Positions 50,803-61,456 of a stretch of 64,000 nt of DNA are shown here, piece by piece. Source of the DNA: Candidatus Eiseniibacteriota bacterium (GTDB lineage Bacteria > Eisenbacteria > RBG-16-71-46 > SZUA-252); the NCBI GenBank assembly GCA_963703225.1, contig OY969801.1, positions 1,632,001 to 1,696,000 of the forward strand, read 5' to 3'. Positions within the stretch are counted from its first letter, which is position 1. Each line of letters opens with the position of its first letter. The position numbers and the translations under genes were made by a program. The notes beneath the pieces were generated by a model. The model saw only the letters and a list, made by a program, of their open reading frames with translations, ran no database searches and was not told where the DNA came from.

Positions 50803-51570
50803 TCAGGCGCTGGCGACGACGTTGGGCTCTGGCGTGGCCGCGGCGGCGCCCGCGGCCGCTTCAGCCGCGAGATCGGCGCCCTCCTTCGCCTCTTGGCGCG
50901 AGGAGAGCAGCGTGTCGCTCACAAACCGCGCGAAGACCCGGATCGCGCGGATGGCGTCGTCGTTTCCCGGCAGCGGGAAATCGATGACATCGGGATCGCA
51001 GTTCGTATCGACGACCCCGATGACGGGAAGTCCGAGACGGTTGGCTTCGGCCACCGCGATCCGCTCCTTCTTCGTGTCGATCACGAACACCGCCGCGGGG
51101 AGCTGGGTCATCTCCTTGATCCCGGTGAAGATCTTCTCCAGCCGGGTCCGCTCCTTGCCGATCTGCGCCTGCTCCTTCTTGGAGAGACGCTCGAGCGTGC
51201 CGTCGGCATCCATCCGATCGATTTCCTTGAACCGGCGGATGTTCGACTTGATCGTCTTGAAGTTGGTCAGCATGCCGCCGAGCCACCGCTCGTTGACGTA
51301 CGGCATGTTGCTGCGGGTGGCCTCCTCCATGATCGCGTCCTTGGCCTGCCGCTTGGTGCCGACGAAGAGGACGTTTCCGCCCTTCTTGCCGATGCCTTCG
51401 AGGAGGGTGCGCGCGTCGTGGAGGGCCTTGAGCGTCTTCTGAAGATCGATGATGTAGATCCCGTTCCGCTCGATGAAGATGAACTTCTTCATCTTGGGGT
51501 TCCAGCGGCGGGTCTGGTGCCCGAAGTGGACGCCCGCTTCGAGCAGTTCCTTCATGCCGATGTCAGCCAA
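50803..51570 (-). CDS. rpsB: 30S ribosomal protein S2
   Basis: [33 protein letters not shown] start with GGAGG. Confidence 0.98.
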   Translation of the reverse strand: MADIGMKELLEAGVHFGHQTRRWNPKMKKFIFIERNGIYIIDLQKTLKALHDARTLLEGIGKKGGNVLFVGTKRQAKDAIMEEATRSNMPYVNERWLGGMLTNFKTIKSNIRRFKEIDRMDADGTLERLSKKEQAQIGKERTRLEKIFTGIKEMTQLPAAVFVIDTKKERIAVAEANRLGLPVIGVVDTNCDPDVIDFPLPGNDDAIRAIRVFARFVSDTLLSSRQEAKEGADLAAEAAAGAAAATPEPNVVASA

Positions 51571-51582
51571 TCGAATGTCCTC

Positions 51583-51660
51583 CGGTCTTGAACCTCCGCC
51601 CCATCGATCCGCGCGGCCCCCCTCGGGGAGACCGGCCGCGACGGCCCGGGGCGTGCGTAG
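51583..51660 (-). ncRNA. rpsB 5' leader (t44/S2 autoregulatory RNA-like)
   Basis: ACGCACGCCCC...GCGGCC GGTC...GGCCGC...GGGGCGGAGGTTCAAGACC nested stems directly upstream of rpsB. Confidence 0.55.
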
Positions 51661-51696
51661 TGGCGGGACCGTCTCTCGGGCCCGCGTGAAACGAGA

Positions 51697-52092
51697 TTAC
51701 CGCTTCGAGAACTGGAACCGCTTGCGGGCGCCCGCCTGCCCGTACTTCTTCCGCTCTTTCATCCGAGCGTCGCGGGTCAGGAAACCCTCCTTGCCCAAGA
51801 GGCCACGGAGGGTGGGATCCATCAACTGGAGAGCGCGCGCGACGCCGAGCGAGATCGCTCCCGCCTGGCCCGCGTGCCCGCCGCCGTGGACGGTCGCCTC
51901 GAGGTCGAACTTCTCGATGGTGTTGCTCACCGCGAGCGGCCCGATCGCCTGCCGGCTCAGCGTGATTCGCGAGAAATAGCGGTCGAGATCGACGCCGTTG
52001 ACCGTGCGCTTGCCGGCCCCCGGTACGAGGCGAACGCGCGCGACCGAGGTCTTCCTTCGCCCGGTGCCGAGGAATGGAGTCGCCAGTGTCAC
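51697..52092 (-). CDS. rpsI: 30S ribosomal protein S9
   Basis: [12 protein letters not shown] and ERKKYG...QFSKR. Confidence 0.98.
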   Translation of the reverse strand: MTLATPFLGTGRRKTSVARVRLVPGAGKRTVNGVDLDRYFSRITLSRQAIGPLAVSNTIEKFDLEATVHGGGHAGQAGAISLGVARALQLMDPTLRGLLGKEGFLTRDARMKERKKYGQAGARKRFQFSKR

Positions 52093-52547
52093 TCACCTCC
52101 CGTCTGGAACTTGCCGTCCGACCAGGGAAACGGCTGCGGCTTTTGGGCCACATGAGGATGGTCGGTGCCGGCGTAAATCTTGAGTTTCTTGATCATGGCC
52201 CGGCCCAAGCTGTTCTTGGGAAGCATTCCCTTCACGGCGAGGCGAAGGATCTCTTCCGGCTGGGCCGCCTGCAAATCGCGAAACCGGGTCAGCGTGTGGC
52301 CGCCCGGGTACAGCGAGTGGCGGAAATAGATCTTGTTGTCGCGCTTCCTCCCCGTCACCCGCACCTTCTGCGCGTTGACCACGATGACGTGGTCCCCAAC
52401 GTCCAGGTGGGGCGAGTAGGTCGGCTTGCGCTTGCCCTTCAAGACGCTCGCGATTTCACTCGCGAGGCGCCCGAGGATTTGACCGTCGGCATCCGCGATG
52501 TACCAATCCTGACGGATCTCCGAGGCGCGGACCGAAACCGTGCCCAT
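52089..52547 (-). CDS. rplM: 50S ribosomal protein L13
   Basis: [27 protein letters not shown]. Confidence 0.98.
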   Translation of the reverse strand: MGTVSVRASEIRQDWYIADADGQILGRLASEIASVLKGKRKPTYSPHLDVGDHVIVVNAQKVRVTGRKRDNKIYFRHSLYPGGHTLTRFRDLQAAQPEEILRLAVKGMLPKNSLGRAMIKKLKIYAGTDHPHVAQKPQPFPWSDGKFQTGGE

Positions 52548-52589
52548 CAGACGACCTCCCATGGTTCGCTTAGAAAGACCAAACGCAAG

Positions 52590-52619
52590 AGGTTATCAGG
52601 CCTGGCTCGTCCCTGTCAA
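52590..52619 (-). promoter_or_regulatory. sigma70 promoter of the rplM operon
   Basis: TTGACA-N18-TAACCT with extended -10 TG. Confidence 0.65.
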
Positions 52620-52678
52620 CCCGCCTCCCTGCGGTCTCCGAGGCACGACCCCGGGGAAAGTCGTCGCGTCCCTGGGTC

Positions 52679-53308
52679 TCACCCACCCGGGACGGGGGCC
52701 TCCCGGAGGACGGTCAGGAGGTGCCGGAGGTAGCTCAGGGGCAGGCCAACGACGTTGGAGTAGGACCCCTCGATGGCCTCCACGAAAAGCGATGCGTAGC
52801 CCTGGACGGCGTATGCCCCAGCCTTGTCGAGGGGCTCGCCCGTCGCGACGTAGCGCCGGATCTCCTCCGGGTCGAGCCTGGCGAACTTCACGATGCTCCG
52901 CTGCGCCCCTCCGGCCGACCGGCCGTCGGCGGGGTCGAGGACGTGAAGCCCCGTCCAGACCTCGTGGACCCTCCCGGAGAGCCGCGCCAGCATCTCCTCG
53001 GCTTCCCTGGCGCTGCCCGGCTTGCCCAGAATGGCCCGGTCGATCGTCACCACGGTGTCTGCCCCGACGTAGACCGACTCACCGGGGACCGACCGGTCGC
53101 CGGTCAAGGCCAGCGCGCGCCGCGATTTGGCCTCGGCGAGCCGAAGGACGTGCGCCTCCGCCCGCTCCCCGGGCGTGACTCCCTCGTCGATATCAACTGG
53201 GGTCGCGGTGAAGTGGGCGCCGACGAGGGTCAAGAGCTCCAGTCGTCGAGGTGACTGGGAGGCGAGGTAGATCTTGGGTCCGAGAGGGTTGATCAGGTTC
53301 GCCCGCAT
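52679..53308 (-). CDS. maf: Maf family nucleoside triphosphate pyrophosphatase
   Basis: LASQSPRR, GADTVV, GKP, DKAGAY, NVVGLP. Confidence 0.95.
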   Translation of the reverse strand: MRANLINPLGPKIYLASQSPRRLELLTLVGAHFTATPVDIDEGVTPGERAEAHVLRLAEAKSRRALALTGDRSVPGESVYVGADTVVTIDRAILGKPGSAREAEEMLARLSGRVHEVWTGLHVLDPADGRSAGGAQRSIVKFARLDPEEIRRYVATGEPLDKAGAYAVQGYASLFVEAIEGSYSNVVGLPLSYLRHLLTVLREAPVPGG

Positions 53309-53315
53309 GAGCCGC

Positions 53316-53762
53316 TCATCCTTCGCCTGTCTCGAGGAGGAATGTCGCCGGGCCCTGGTTGGTCAGGTCGATCTCCATCTTCGCGCCGAAAACGCCCCGA
53401 CGCGTCGGGACCCCCTGGCTCAGGAGCGCCTCGCAGAACCGCTCGTAGACTGGCTCGGCCTCCTCCGGCCGGGCCGCGGGCTCAAATCCGGGACGCCGGC
53501 CGCGCGACGTGTCGGCGTAGAGCGTGAACTGGGAAACGACGAGGGCCTCTCCCCCGATTTCACGGACCGAGCGGTTCATCTTTCCTTGCTCGTCCTCGAA
53601 GATCCGAAGTCCCGCGCACCGTTCGGCCATCCGCTCGGAAGATCCGGAGGGCTCCCCCGCTTTCACGCCGAGGAGAATCAAGAGGCCCCGGCCGATCCGT
53701 ACCACCTCCGCGCCATCCGTCCGAACGGCCGCCGCGGAGACCCGCTGGATCAGCGCCCTCAC
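53316..53762 (-). CDS. dtd: D-aminoacyl-tRNA deacylase
   Basis: RALIQRV, LRIFED..GKMN, SQFTL, NQGPAT; GTG start overlaps the relA stop. Confidence 0.95.
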   Translation of the reverse strand: MRALIQRVSAAAVRTDGAEVVRIGRGLLILLGVKAGEPSGSSERMAERCAGLRIFEDEQGKMNRSVREIGGEALVVSQFTLYADTSRGRRPGFEPAARPEEAEPVYERFCEALLSQGVPTRRGVFGAKMEIDLTNQGPATFLLETGEG

Positions 53763-55964
53763 GAAGCCATCCCCGCCTGACCGCCTTTCGGCTTTCCAAA
53801 GACGTGCTCCCGCTCGACCGCTTCCACCCCTTCGACCTGCTCCACGGCGCGCATCACCTCTCTCAGGTGCGCCAGATCCCGGACCTCCACCACGAACGCT
53901 CCGCGCGCGTTCCGATCGCTCGCCTTGATTCCCGCGGTGCGGATGTTCGTGTTGGTCGTGGAGATCGCCTTGGCGATGTCGGCCAACAGGCTCTTCCGAT
54001 CGACCCCGAAGATCGAGAGCTTCACGGTGAAGGAATCCTCGGCCGCCGCGCTCCAGTCGACGAGAAGCCGCCGCTCGGGCGACACACGGCCGTCGAACGT
54101 GTTCGGGCAGTCGGTGCGATGGACCGTGACGCCTCGGCCGCGCGTGACGATGCCGACCACGGGGTCGCCCGGCACCGGCTGGCAGCACTTGGCGAAGCTC
54201 ACCATCAGGTTGTCCACTCCCTGGATCCGGACACCGCGCCCGGGTCGGCGCGTGATCGCGCGGAGCGTCTCGAGCGACGCCTCTTTGATCCTCTGCACCG
54301 GTCCGATTCCTTCCGGGAACCAGCGCTGAAGCACCTGGGCGACCGAGATCGTCCCCGACCCGAGCGCGGCGTGGAGCCCCGCCAGATCGTCGTAGCCCAT
54401 CGCCCGCGCGAGGCTCTCGATGCTCATCGATTCCGGGGGCGCCAGGCGTCGGCGCCTGAGCTCCCGCTCCACCATCTCCCGGCCCAGCGCGACGCTGTCG
54501 GCCCGCTCCGAGATCTTGAGCCAGTGGCGGATCTTGTTTCGGGCCGCCGAGCTGGTCACGATCTTGAGCCAGTCCCGGTTCGGTTTCCCCATCGGCGAGG
54601 TGATGATCTGCACGGCGTCGCCGCTTCGAAGCTCGTAGCGGAGCGGGACGATCCGTCCGTTCACCTTGGCCCCGACGCAGTGGTGGCCCACCTCGGTGTG
54701 AACCTGATAGGCGAAGTCGATCGGCGTCGACCCTCGAGGAAGGCGCCTCAGGTCCCCGCGCGGCGTGAAGACGAACACCTCGTCCTGGTAGAGCGAGGTC
54801 TTCAGAAACTCTAAGAACTCGTCCGGGTCGCCGGTGCTCGACTGCCACTCGGCGTGCCGCAGGACCGGCGCGAGCTTGCCAAAGAGCTCGGAGTCGCTCC
54901 GCTGGCCCCCCTCCTTGTAGCGGTAGTGGGCCGCGACGCCGAGCTCGGCGATCTGGTGCATTTCGTGGGTGCGGATCTGAAACTCCACCATCATCCCGCC
55001 CGGGGCCACCACGGTGGTGTGAAGCGACTGGTACATGTTGGTCTTGGGCGTGGCGATGTAGTCCTTGAAGCGCTCGTGCACGGGCGTGAAGAGGTCGTGC
55101 ACCAAGCCGAGGACGCGGTAGCAGTCCGCCTTGTCCTGGGTCAGCACGCGCACGCCCAGAAGATCGAAGATCTCCTCGAACGGGCGGCCCTGCGCCTTCA
55201 TCTTTCGGTAGATCGAGTCGAGGTGCTTGGGACGGCCGACCACGTCCGCCTTGAGACCCATGGCCGCCAGCCGCTCCTTGACCGGCTGCACCACCTCCAC
55301 GATCTGCCTCTCTCGCTCCTCGCGCTTGAGCGAGACCTTTTGGCGGATTTCCTGGTAGGCCTGGGCGTCGAGATACTTCAAGGACAGGTCCTCGAGCTCC
55401 CACTTGATCCGCGCGATGCCCAGCCGGTGCGCCAGCGGCGCGTAGATCTCGCGGGTTTCGCGCGCGATCCGCGCGGCGCGATCGGGCTCGAGGGCCTGCG
55501 AGCGTGCGCATGTTGTGGAGCCGGTCGGCCAGCTTGATGAGGATGACGCGGAGATCGCGCGCCATGGAGAGGAGCATCTTCCGGAAGTTCTCGGCCTGCT
55601 CCGCCTCGGGACGGTCGAAGTGGAGCCCGCTGATCTTGGACACGCCGTCGACGAGCGCCGCAACGTCGCGGCCGAACGCGCGCTCCACGTCTCCCAAGCC
55701 CTGGTCGGTGTCCTCCACCACGTCGTGGAGGATGGCGGACTGGATCAGGGTTTCGTCCGCGCCCGCGCCGAGAAGCTCCGCCAGGATGGTCGCGACCGCC
55801 ACGGTATGGCTGACGTAGGGCTCCCCGCTCAACCGGACCTGGGCGCCGTGCGACTTGGAAGCAAACTCGTAGGCCGCGCGGACGGCATCGGGATCGACGG
55901 AGCGGCCCGGCCGGCGGAGCGCCTCGAGGAGCGGTCCCAGGGGCTCGTCGGGGACCTGAGCCAT
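53759..55964 (-). CDS. relA: bifunctional (p)ppGpp synthetase/hydrolase with one frameshift near 55499
   Basis: LHDVVED and KLADRLHNMRTL in one frame; YAPLAHRLGI, DYIATPK, TGS and ACT segments in another. Confidence 0.9.
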
Positions 55965-55966
55965 GG

Positions 55967-57686
55967 CTAGCGGAGCTGGATGTCGCGCAGCTTGAGCTGG
56001 AGCCGCGCTCGGTTTTGCCAGACGTTGATCGTCGGGACGAACGCCACCGAGATCCGACCCGGATCGGTCTGGATCCGGCTGGCCAGGTGTCCCATGCCGA
56101 AGCCGATGCAGTCGATGTCGCGGCCGTTCTGCCGGAGGCTCATCTTGAGGTGATTCCGGCTCACGACCATCGGCGGCGAGGCGAGGCGGACGTCGTCCGC
56201 CACGAACAGAGGCTCGGCGTTTCCAATCCCGAATGGCGAGAGGCGGTCGAGGAACTCGACCAGCTCCTCGTTGCAGTCGTCGAGCGAGAGCGGCCCGTCG
56301 ATGGAGAGCTTCGGGACGTAGTCGTCGGGGTCGATGCGCGAGGTGACCACGCGGCAGAGGCGTTCGCGGAACTTCTCCAAGTGCTCCGCGCGGATCGTGA
56401 GCCCCGCCGCGTAGCTGTGTCCGCCGAATCCGATGAGAAACTCGCGGCACTCTTGAAGTGCCTGGCACACGTCGAAGCCGGGGATGCTGCGCCCCGAGCC
56501 CTTCCCCTCGTCCTCGTCGGCCGCGATCAGGATGGTCGGGCGGTGGAAGCGCTCCATGAGCCGCGACGCCACGATCCCGAGGACGCCCGGATGCCAGCGG
56601 TCCGACCAGAGAACGATCGCAGGCGGCAGCTCCGGACCGGAGCGCCGAAGCTGCTCCAGCGCATCTTCCAGGGTCTGCTCGTCGATCTTCTTCCGGTTGG
56701 TGTTGTCCTCCTCGAGGCTCTCCGCGATGATCGTCGCCTCCTGAGGATCGGTCGAGAGAAGGAGCCGCACGCCGCTCTCCGCGTTCCCCAGACGGCCTGC
56801 CGCGTTGATCCGCGGCGCCAGGATGTAGGCGACGTGGCCGCTCTCCACCCGCCGCGCCTTCAAGCCCCGCCACCTCCTTCAACGCCACGATGCCCGGCTT
56901 GGTCGACGTGCAGAGCTGGTCCAGCCCGATCTTGGCGAAGATTCGATTCTCGCCCCGCAGTGGAACAACGTCGGCGATCGTTCCGAGGGCGACGAGGTCG
57001 AGGTGCTCCTTCACGAACGGCTCGGGGAGGGCTCCGGGCCGAGCGGCGGCGAGGCCCTGCACCAGCTTCATGACGACCCCGACGCCCGCCAGCTCCTTGA
57101 ACGGGTAGGGGCAGTCCTTTCGCTTGGGATTCAGGACGGCGACCGCGTCGGGGAGCTCGCCCAGGGGCTCGTGGTGATCGGTCACGATGACCTCGATCCC
57201 ATGCCCCGCCGCGAGCTTCACCTCGTTGGTCGCGGTGATCCCGCAATCCGCGGTGATCACGAGCTTGGTGCGGCGCTTCCGGGCGACCTCCACCCCCCGC
57301 TCGGAGAAGCCGTACCCATCTCGGATCCGATCGGGAATGAAATAGGTGACCTTGGCGCCGAGGGTGGAAAGGGCCGAGGTGAGGAGGGACGTGGCGGTGA
57401 TCCCGTCGACGTCGTAGTCGCCAAAGACGAGGATCTGCTCCCGCTCGTCGATTGCCTTCCAGATCCGGGCGGCGGCCAGATCCATGTCCCGCATCACAAA
57501 TGCGTCCAATAACTTATTCAGCGAGGGTTCAAGGAATTCTTGAACATCCTGGGCCGTCGCGAATCCGCGGTTGGCCAGGAGGGTCGCGAAGGTGAGCGAG
57601 AGGCCGAGCTCTGCTGCCAGCCTTTGGGCGTGCTCCGGGGCGGCCGGGTTCCGGAGCACCCAGGTCTTGGGCGTCGAGGCGCGCAC
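55967..57686 (-). CDS. recJ: ssDNA exonuclease RecJ with one frameshift near 56866
   Basis: GDYDVDG, TDHH and GTIADVVPL, then APRINAAGRL, GSGRS, GGH and PFGIGN after a shift in a G run. Confidence 0.9.
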
Positions 57687-57816
57687 TTCAATGCCTTCCG
57701 TTGGGGACAGATAGACCGTTGGAATTGCTTCCAGGCTAACACCTTGGAGAATCAGGGTCAAGGAGGGATGGCCTTCGTTCGCCCGGAGCGGCGGCTGGCC
57801 CGGGCGGGGTGGTGTG

Positions 57817-58308
57817 CTAAGAGCGTTTGTAGCCGATCGATCGGACAAATCGGCGGCGTGCCTGGGCCTGTTCCTCGTTCTCCACGCCGAGGGGGCCGAG
57901 CCCGTCCATGACCCCGAGAACCGCCCCTGCCTGCCCATCCCGGGTCACCACCACCTGGACTGGATTCGCGGTCGCGCAGTAGATCGTGGCCACCTCGACG
58001 CAGGCGCGGATGTCCCGCAGCACGTTGATCGGAAACGCCTGCCGGAGAAAGATGAGAAACGTGTGGCCGCACCCGAGCTTGACCAGCTCCCGCTCCGCGG
58101 CTTGCGTCAGCTCCTCGTCATTTCCTTCGCTGCGGACCAGCCGTGGGCCCGAAGCTTCGGAGAACGCGACGCCGAACCGGGCGCCGGGGACAGAGTTGAC
58201 GAGCGTCTCGTAGAGATCCTCCGCGGTCTTGATGAAGTGCGCGTGACCCAAGATGAGGTTCGCATCGCCCGGGGTCTCGATGGAAACGCGCTCGAGCGGA
58301 AGGTTCAT
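57817..58308 (-). CDS. adenosine-specific kinase family protein (DUF355)
   Basis: GHAHFIKTAEDL, FSEASGP, FPINVL, CATANP, IGYK. Confidence 0.9.
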   Translation of the reverse strand: MNLPLERVSIETPGDANLILGHAHFIKTAEDLYETLVNSVPGARFGVAFSEASGPRLVRSEGNDEELTQAAERELVKLGCGHTFLIFLRQAFPINVLRDIRACVEVATIYCATANPVQVVVTRDGQAGAVLGVMDGLGPLGVENEEQAQARRRFVRSIGYKRS

Positions 58309-58327
58309 GGGCCCTCGTCCCGCGCCG

Positions 58328-59077
58328 TCACAGGAGGTAGCCGCCGGAGATCGTCAGCGCCGCGCCGGTGATGTATCCCGACTCCTCCGCCAGGAGGAAA
58401 AGCGCGGCGCGGGCGATCTCGTTGGGGGTGCCCAGACGCCGGGCCGGGATCTTTCGTAGGAGCGCCGCGGCCTTGCGTGGCGCGATGCCCGTCTGGATAA
58501 CGCCCGGAAGAATGACGTTCACCGTGATGCCGCGGGCGGCCTCTTCGTGCGCCACGCTCCGCGCGAGCGTGAGAAGCGCTGTCTTCGCGGCCCGGTAGGC
58601 ATGGGCGCGGGGTGCCGCGCGAGGGGCTTCGGCGCCGGCGACGCCAAAGAGGAGAATCCGGCCATAGCGGCGGCGGCGCATCCCCGGGAGCGCCGCCTGC
58701 ACGGCACCCAGCGCCAACGTCACGTTCGATTCGATGAGGGCCCTCCACCGCTCGACGGTGAGCCGCGCGATCGGCCCTTCCCAGTAGTCCCCCGCCGCGA
58801 CCACGAGCAGATCAGGACCGCCGGCGCGAGCCAGGAGCCGACGAACGCGCGCCGGTCTCAAGGCGTCGGCGCGCGCGGTGGTTAGGGCGAGGCCCCGGGC
58901 CCGGGCGATCGCGCCCAACTCCTCGAGCGACTTGGCGCTCCTCCCCACGGCCACGACCGTCGCTCCGGCGCGCGCGAGCGCCAACGCGACGGCGCGTCCC
59001 AGCCCGCGCGAGCCGATGACGAGAGCCGTTCGACCCGAGACGCCGCCCGGATCCGAGGCTGGATTGGAGCGATTCAC
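58328..59077 (-). CDS. SDR family oxidoreductase
   Basis: GSRGLG, YRAAK, ITVNVILPG, YITG; start uncertain. Confidence 0.85.
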   Translation of the reverse strand: MNRSNPASDPGGVSGRTALVIGSRGLGRAVALALARAGATVVAVGRSAKSLEELGAIARARGLALTTARADALRPARVRRLLARAGGPDLLVVAAGDYWEGPIARLTVERWRALIESNVTLALGAVQAALPGMRRRRYGRILLFGVAGAEAPRAAPRAHAYRAAKTALLTLARSVAHEEAARGITVNVILPGVIQTGIAPRKAAALLRKIPARRLGTPNEIARAALFLLAEESGYITGAALTISGGYLL

Positions 59078-59087
59078 CAAGTGTGTT

Positions 59088-59115
59088 ACTATAGGCTGCT
59101 TCGTCGGCAAGTCAA
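59088..59115 (-). promoter_or_regulatory. putative sigma70 promoter of the SDR gene
   Basis: TTGACT-N16-TATAGT. Confidence 0.5.
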
Positions 59116-59135
59116 TTGGACCCAAGGGAATCGAC

Positions 59136-59474
59136 ATGAACGACCAGCGCTGGGAAGAGGTGCTCCGCCGCCTCGACAAGCTCTTCGGCGACCTCGAATT
59201 TGATGAGATCGAAGACGAAGAAACCCATGCGGTGACGGAATCGGTCGCCTGGACGGGCCCCCAGGGGAAGATGAAGCTGGCACGAACCACGAAGCCCCTC
59301 GTCGTCGACAAGAAGACACACTACTCCAGCCGCATCGGCGGCGGCACCCACGTCGAATACGTCTATTCCAAGACCGAGACGACGAGCCGGGTGCGCCTCT
59401 TCCGCTGGGTCGAGACCCTGAGCGACTGGGAAGAGGTCGACGCAGCCGAGCTAGGCCTCCCCACCGCCCGCTAG
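59136..59474 (+). CDS. hypothetical protein (112 aa)
   Basis: Globular-looking sequence with strong GC3 codon bias; ends 6 bp before glpX. Confidence 0.8.
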   Translation: MNDQRWEEVLRRLDKLFGDLEFDEIEDEETHAVTESVAWTGPQGKMKLARTTKPLVVDKKTHYSSRIGGGTHVEYVYSKTETTSRVRLFRWVETLSDWEEVDAAELGLPTAR

Positions 59475-59480
59475 CTCTCG

Positions 59481-60476
59481 ATGGATCGCCACGTCGGCCT
59501 TGACCTCGTGCGAATTACCGAAGCGGCCGCTCTCGCCTGCGCCCGGTGGATGGGGCGCGGGGACAAGAACGCCGCCGACCAGGCCGCCGTCACCGCCATG
59601 CGGAAGGCGTTCGACAACGTCGACATCCGCGGCACGGTGGTCATCGGCGAGGGCGAGCGCGACGAGGCACCGATGCTCTACATCGGCGAGCAGGTCGGCT
59701 CCGGGTGGGGTCCCGAGGTGGACATCGCCCTCGATCCGCTCGAGTGCACCAATTCGGTCGCGTACGGCCGCCCCAACGCGATGTCGGTGATCGCGCTCGC
59801 GGCGCGCGGCCACTTTCTCCACGCGCCCGATACGTACATGGAGAAGATCGCGGTCGGACCCAGGGCCGCCCAGGCGATCGACCTCGCGCGTCCCATCGAG
59901 CAGAATTTGGAGGCGGTGGCGGCCGCGAAGGGCTATCACCTCGAGGATCTCACGGTGGTCCTGCTCGACCGACCGCGGCACGAGGATCTGATCCACCGGG
60001 TCCGGAAGACCGGCGCGCGGATCCACCTGATCCCAGACGGCGACGTCTCTGCGGCGATCGCGACGGCCCTCGACGCGACCGGCGTCGATGTCCTCGTGGG
60101 AACGGGCGGCGCGCCCGAGGGGGTTCTCGCGGCCGCCGCGCTCCGCTGCCTCGGGGGCGCGATCCAAGGCCGACTCCTCTTCCGGAGCGACGAGGAGAAG
60201 GCGCGGGCCCGCACGATGGGCGTCGCCGACTTCGACCGGATCTATCGCGAGACCGACCTCGCCCGCGGCGATTCCATCGTCTTCGCCGCCACCGGCGTCA
60301 CCGACGGCGACATGCTCGACGGCGTCCGCTTCTCCGGCGAGGGGGCCGAGACCCACTCCATGGTCATGCGCGTGAAGACCCGCACCGTCCGCACCATCGA
60401 GACCCAGTATCACCAATCCCACGAGTCCGAAGCCGTCATGCCCGACATTACCCGTGCCGGAACGACCCGCGGCTGA
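59481..60476 (+). CDS. glpX: class II fructose-1,6-bisphosphatase
   Basis: VIGEGERDEAPMLYIGE, DPLE, DGDV, GGAPEGV, ATGVTDG. Confidence 0.97.
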   Translation: MDRHVGLDLVRITEAAALACARWMGRGDKNAADQAAVTAMRKAFDNVDIRGTVVIGEGERDEAPMLYIGEQVGSGWGPEVDIALDPLECTNSVAYGRPNAMSVIALAARGHFLHAPDTYMEKIAVGPRAAQAIDLARPIEQNLEAVAAAKGYHLEDLTVVLLDRPRHEDLIHRVRKTGARIHLIPDGDVSAAIATALDATGVDVLVGTGGAPEGVLAAAALRCLGGAIQGRLLFRSDEEKARARTMGVADFDRIYRETDLARGDSIVFAATGVTDGDMLDGVRFSGEGAETHSMVMRVKTRTVRTIETQYHQSHESEAVMPDITRAGTTRG

Positions 60477-61218
60477 CGCGCCGCTCGATCTTCTCGCGAT
60501 CGGGGCGCACCCCGATGACGTGGATATCAGCTGCGGCGGCACCCTGGCCGTCGCCGCCTCTCAAGGGTACTCGACCGGCATTCTCGACCTGACGCGCGGA
60601 GAGATGGGCACGAACGGGACGCCCGAGATCCGGTCCGCCGAGGCCGCGGAAGCGGGGCGCATCTTGTCGGTACGCGGTCGGTGGAACGTGGAGCTACCCG
60701 ACGGAGGCATCAGCGAACTCGACGCGGCGCAGGAACGCCGGGTGGTGGAGTGGATCCGCCGGCTCAAGCCCGCGATTCTCCTGAGCCACTTTCCACAGGA
60801 CCGCCACCCCGACCATGTCCAGGCGTCGAGAATCGTCGAGCGCGCCTGCTATCTCGCAGGGCTCGCCCGCTACGAGCCCGAAGGCAAGCCATTTCGCCCG
60901 TCGGCGCGTTTCTACTTCGCGTCGCGGGTCGGCTTCAAGCCATCGTTTGTCGTCGACGTCACAGAGGCGTGGGAGGTCAAGCGCCGCGCGATGCTGGCCC
61001 ATAGGAGCCAGGTGTCCCAGGAGAGCCCCAGCGCTTCCCCCACGCAGCTCAATCAGCCGGATTTTCTGGAGCGGATCGACGCGCGGATGAGGCACTACGG
61101 GGGAATGATCGGGGTCCAGTTCGGAGAGCCGTTTGCCTCCGACGGACCCACCGGGGTTCGCACGCTCTCCGCGATCTTCGGCGCCCCGCGCCCGCTCCCC
61201 GGCGCGTTTACGGGCTAG
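60454..61218 (+). CDS. bshB1: BshB1-like PIG-L family deacetylase
   Basis: AHPDD, DLTRGEMGTNGT, RHPDH, PSFVVDVT. Confidence 0.85.
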   Translation: MPERPAADAPLDLLAIGAHPDDVDISCGGTLAVAASQGYSTGILDLTRGEMGTNGTPEIRSAEAAEAGRILSVRGRWNVELPDGGISELDAAQERRVVEWIRRLKPAILLSHFPQDRHPDHVQASRIVERACYLAGLARYEPEGKPFRPSARFYFASRVGFKPSFVVDVTEAWEVKRRAMLAHRSQVSQESPSASPTQLNQPDFLERIDARMRHYGGMIGVQFGEPFASDGPTGVRTLSAIFGAPRPLPGAFTG

Positions 61219-61351
61219 TCCCACCTCTTCGCGAAATCCTCACCGCGGATCGAATGGGCATCGCCAATCGAGGATCGCCGAATCCCCTGCTCGGGGGGCT
61301 GTCAGGTATCGGGCCAGCACGCGCAGGACGACCCGCGCCCACCGCGCGATC

Positions 61352-61456
61352 GCCGCGGGCATGGCGTGTTGCCCGCAGAGCGAGTTGAGGCCCGACGCGG
61401 CTTTTTTGCGTCGGGCCGATTGTCCGAGCGAACGGGCAGCACGCCACGCCCGCGGC
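61352..61456. repeat. nested inverted repeat (24-bp outer stem, 10-bp inner stem)
   Basis: Arms 61352-61375 and 61433-61456 are 22/24 complementary; arms 61389-61398 and 61408-61417 are perfect. Confidence 0.9.

Noticed and set aside
53316..57938. 1540-aa ORF that looks like a RecJ-RelA-Dtd fusion
   Set aside because: It joins the RecJ N-half, out-of-frame sequence, the RelA N-part, more out-of-frame sequence and Dtd. It results from the two frameshifts and the scarcity of stops at high GC.
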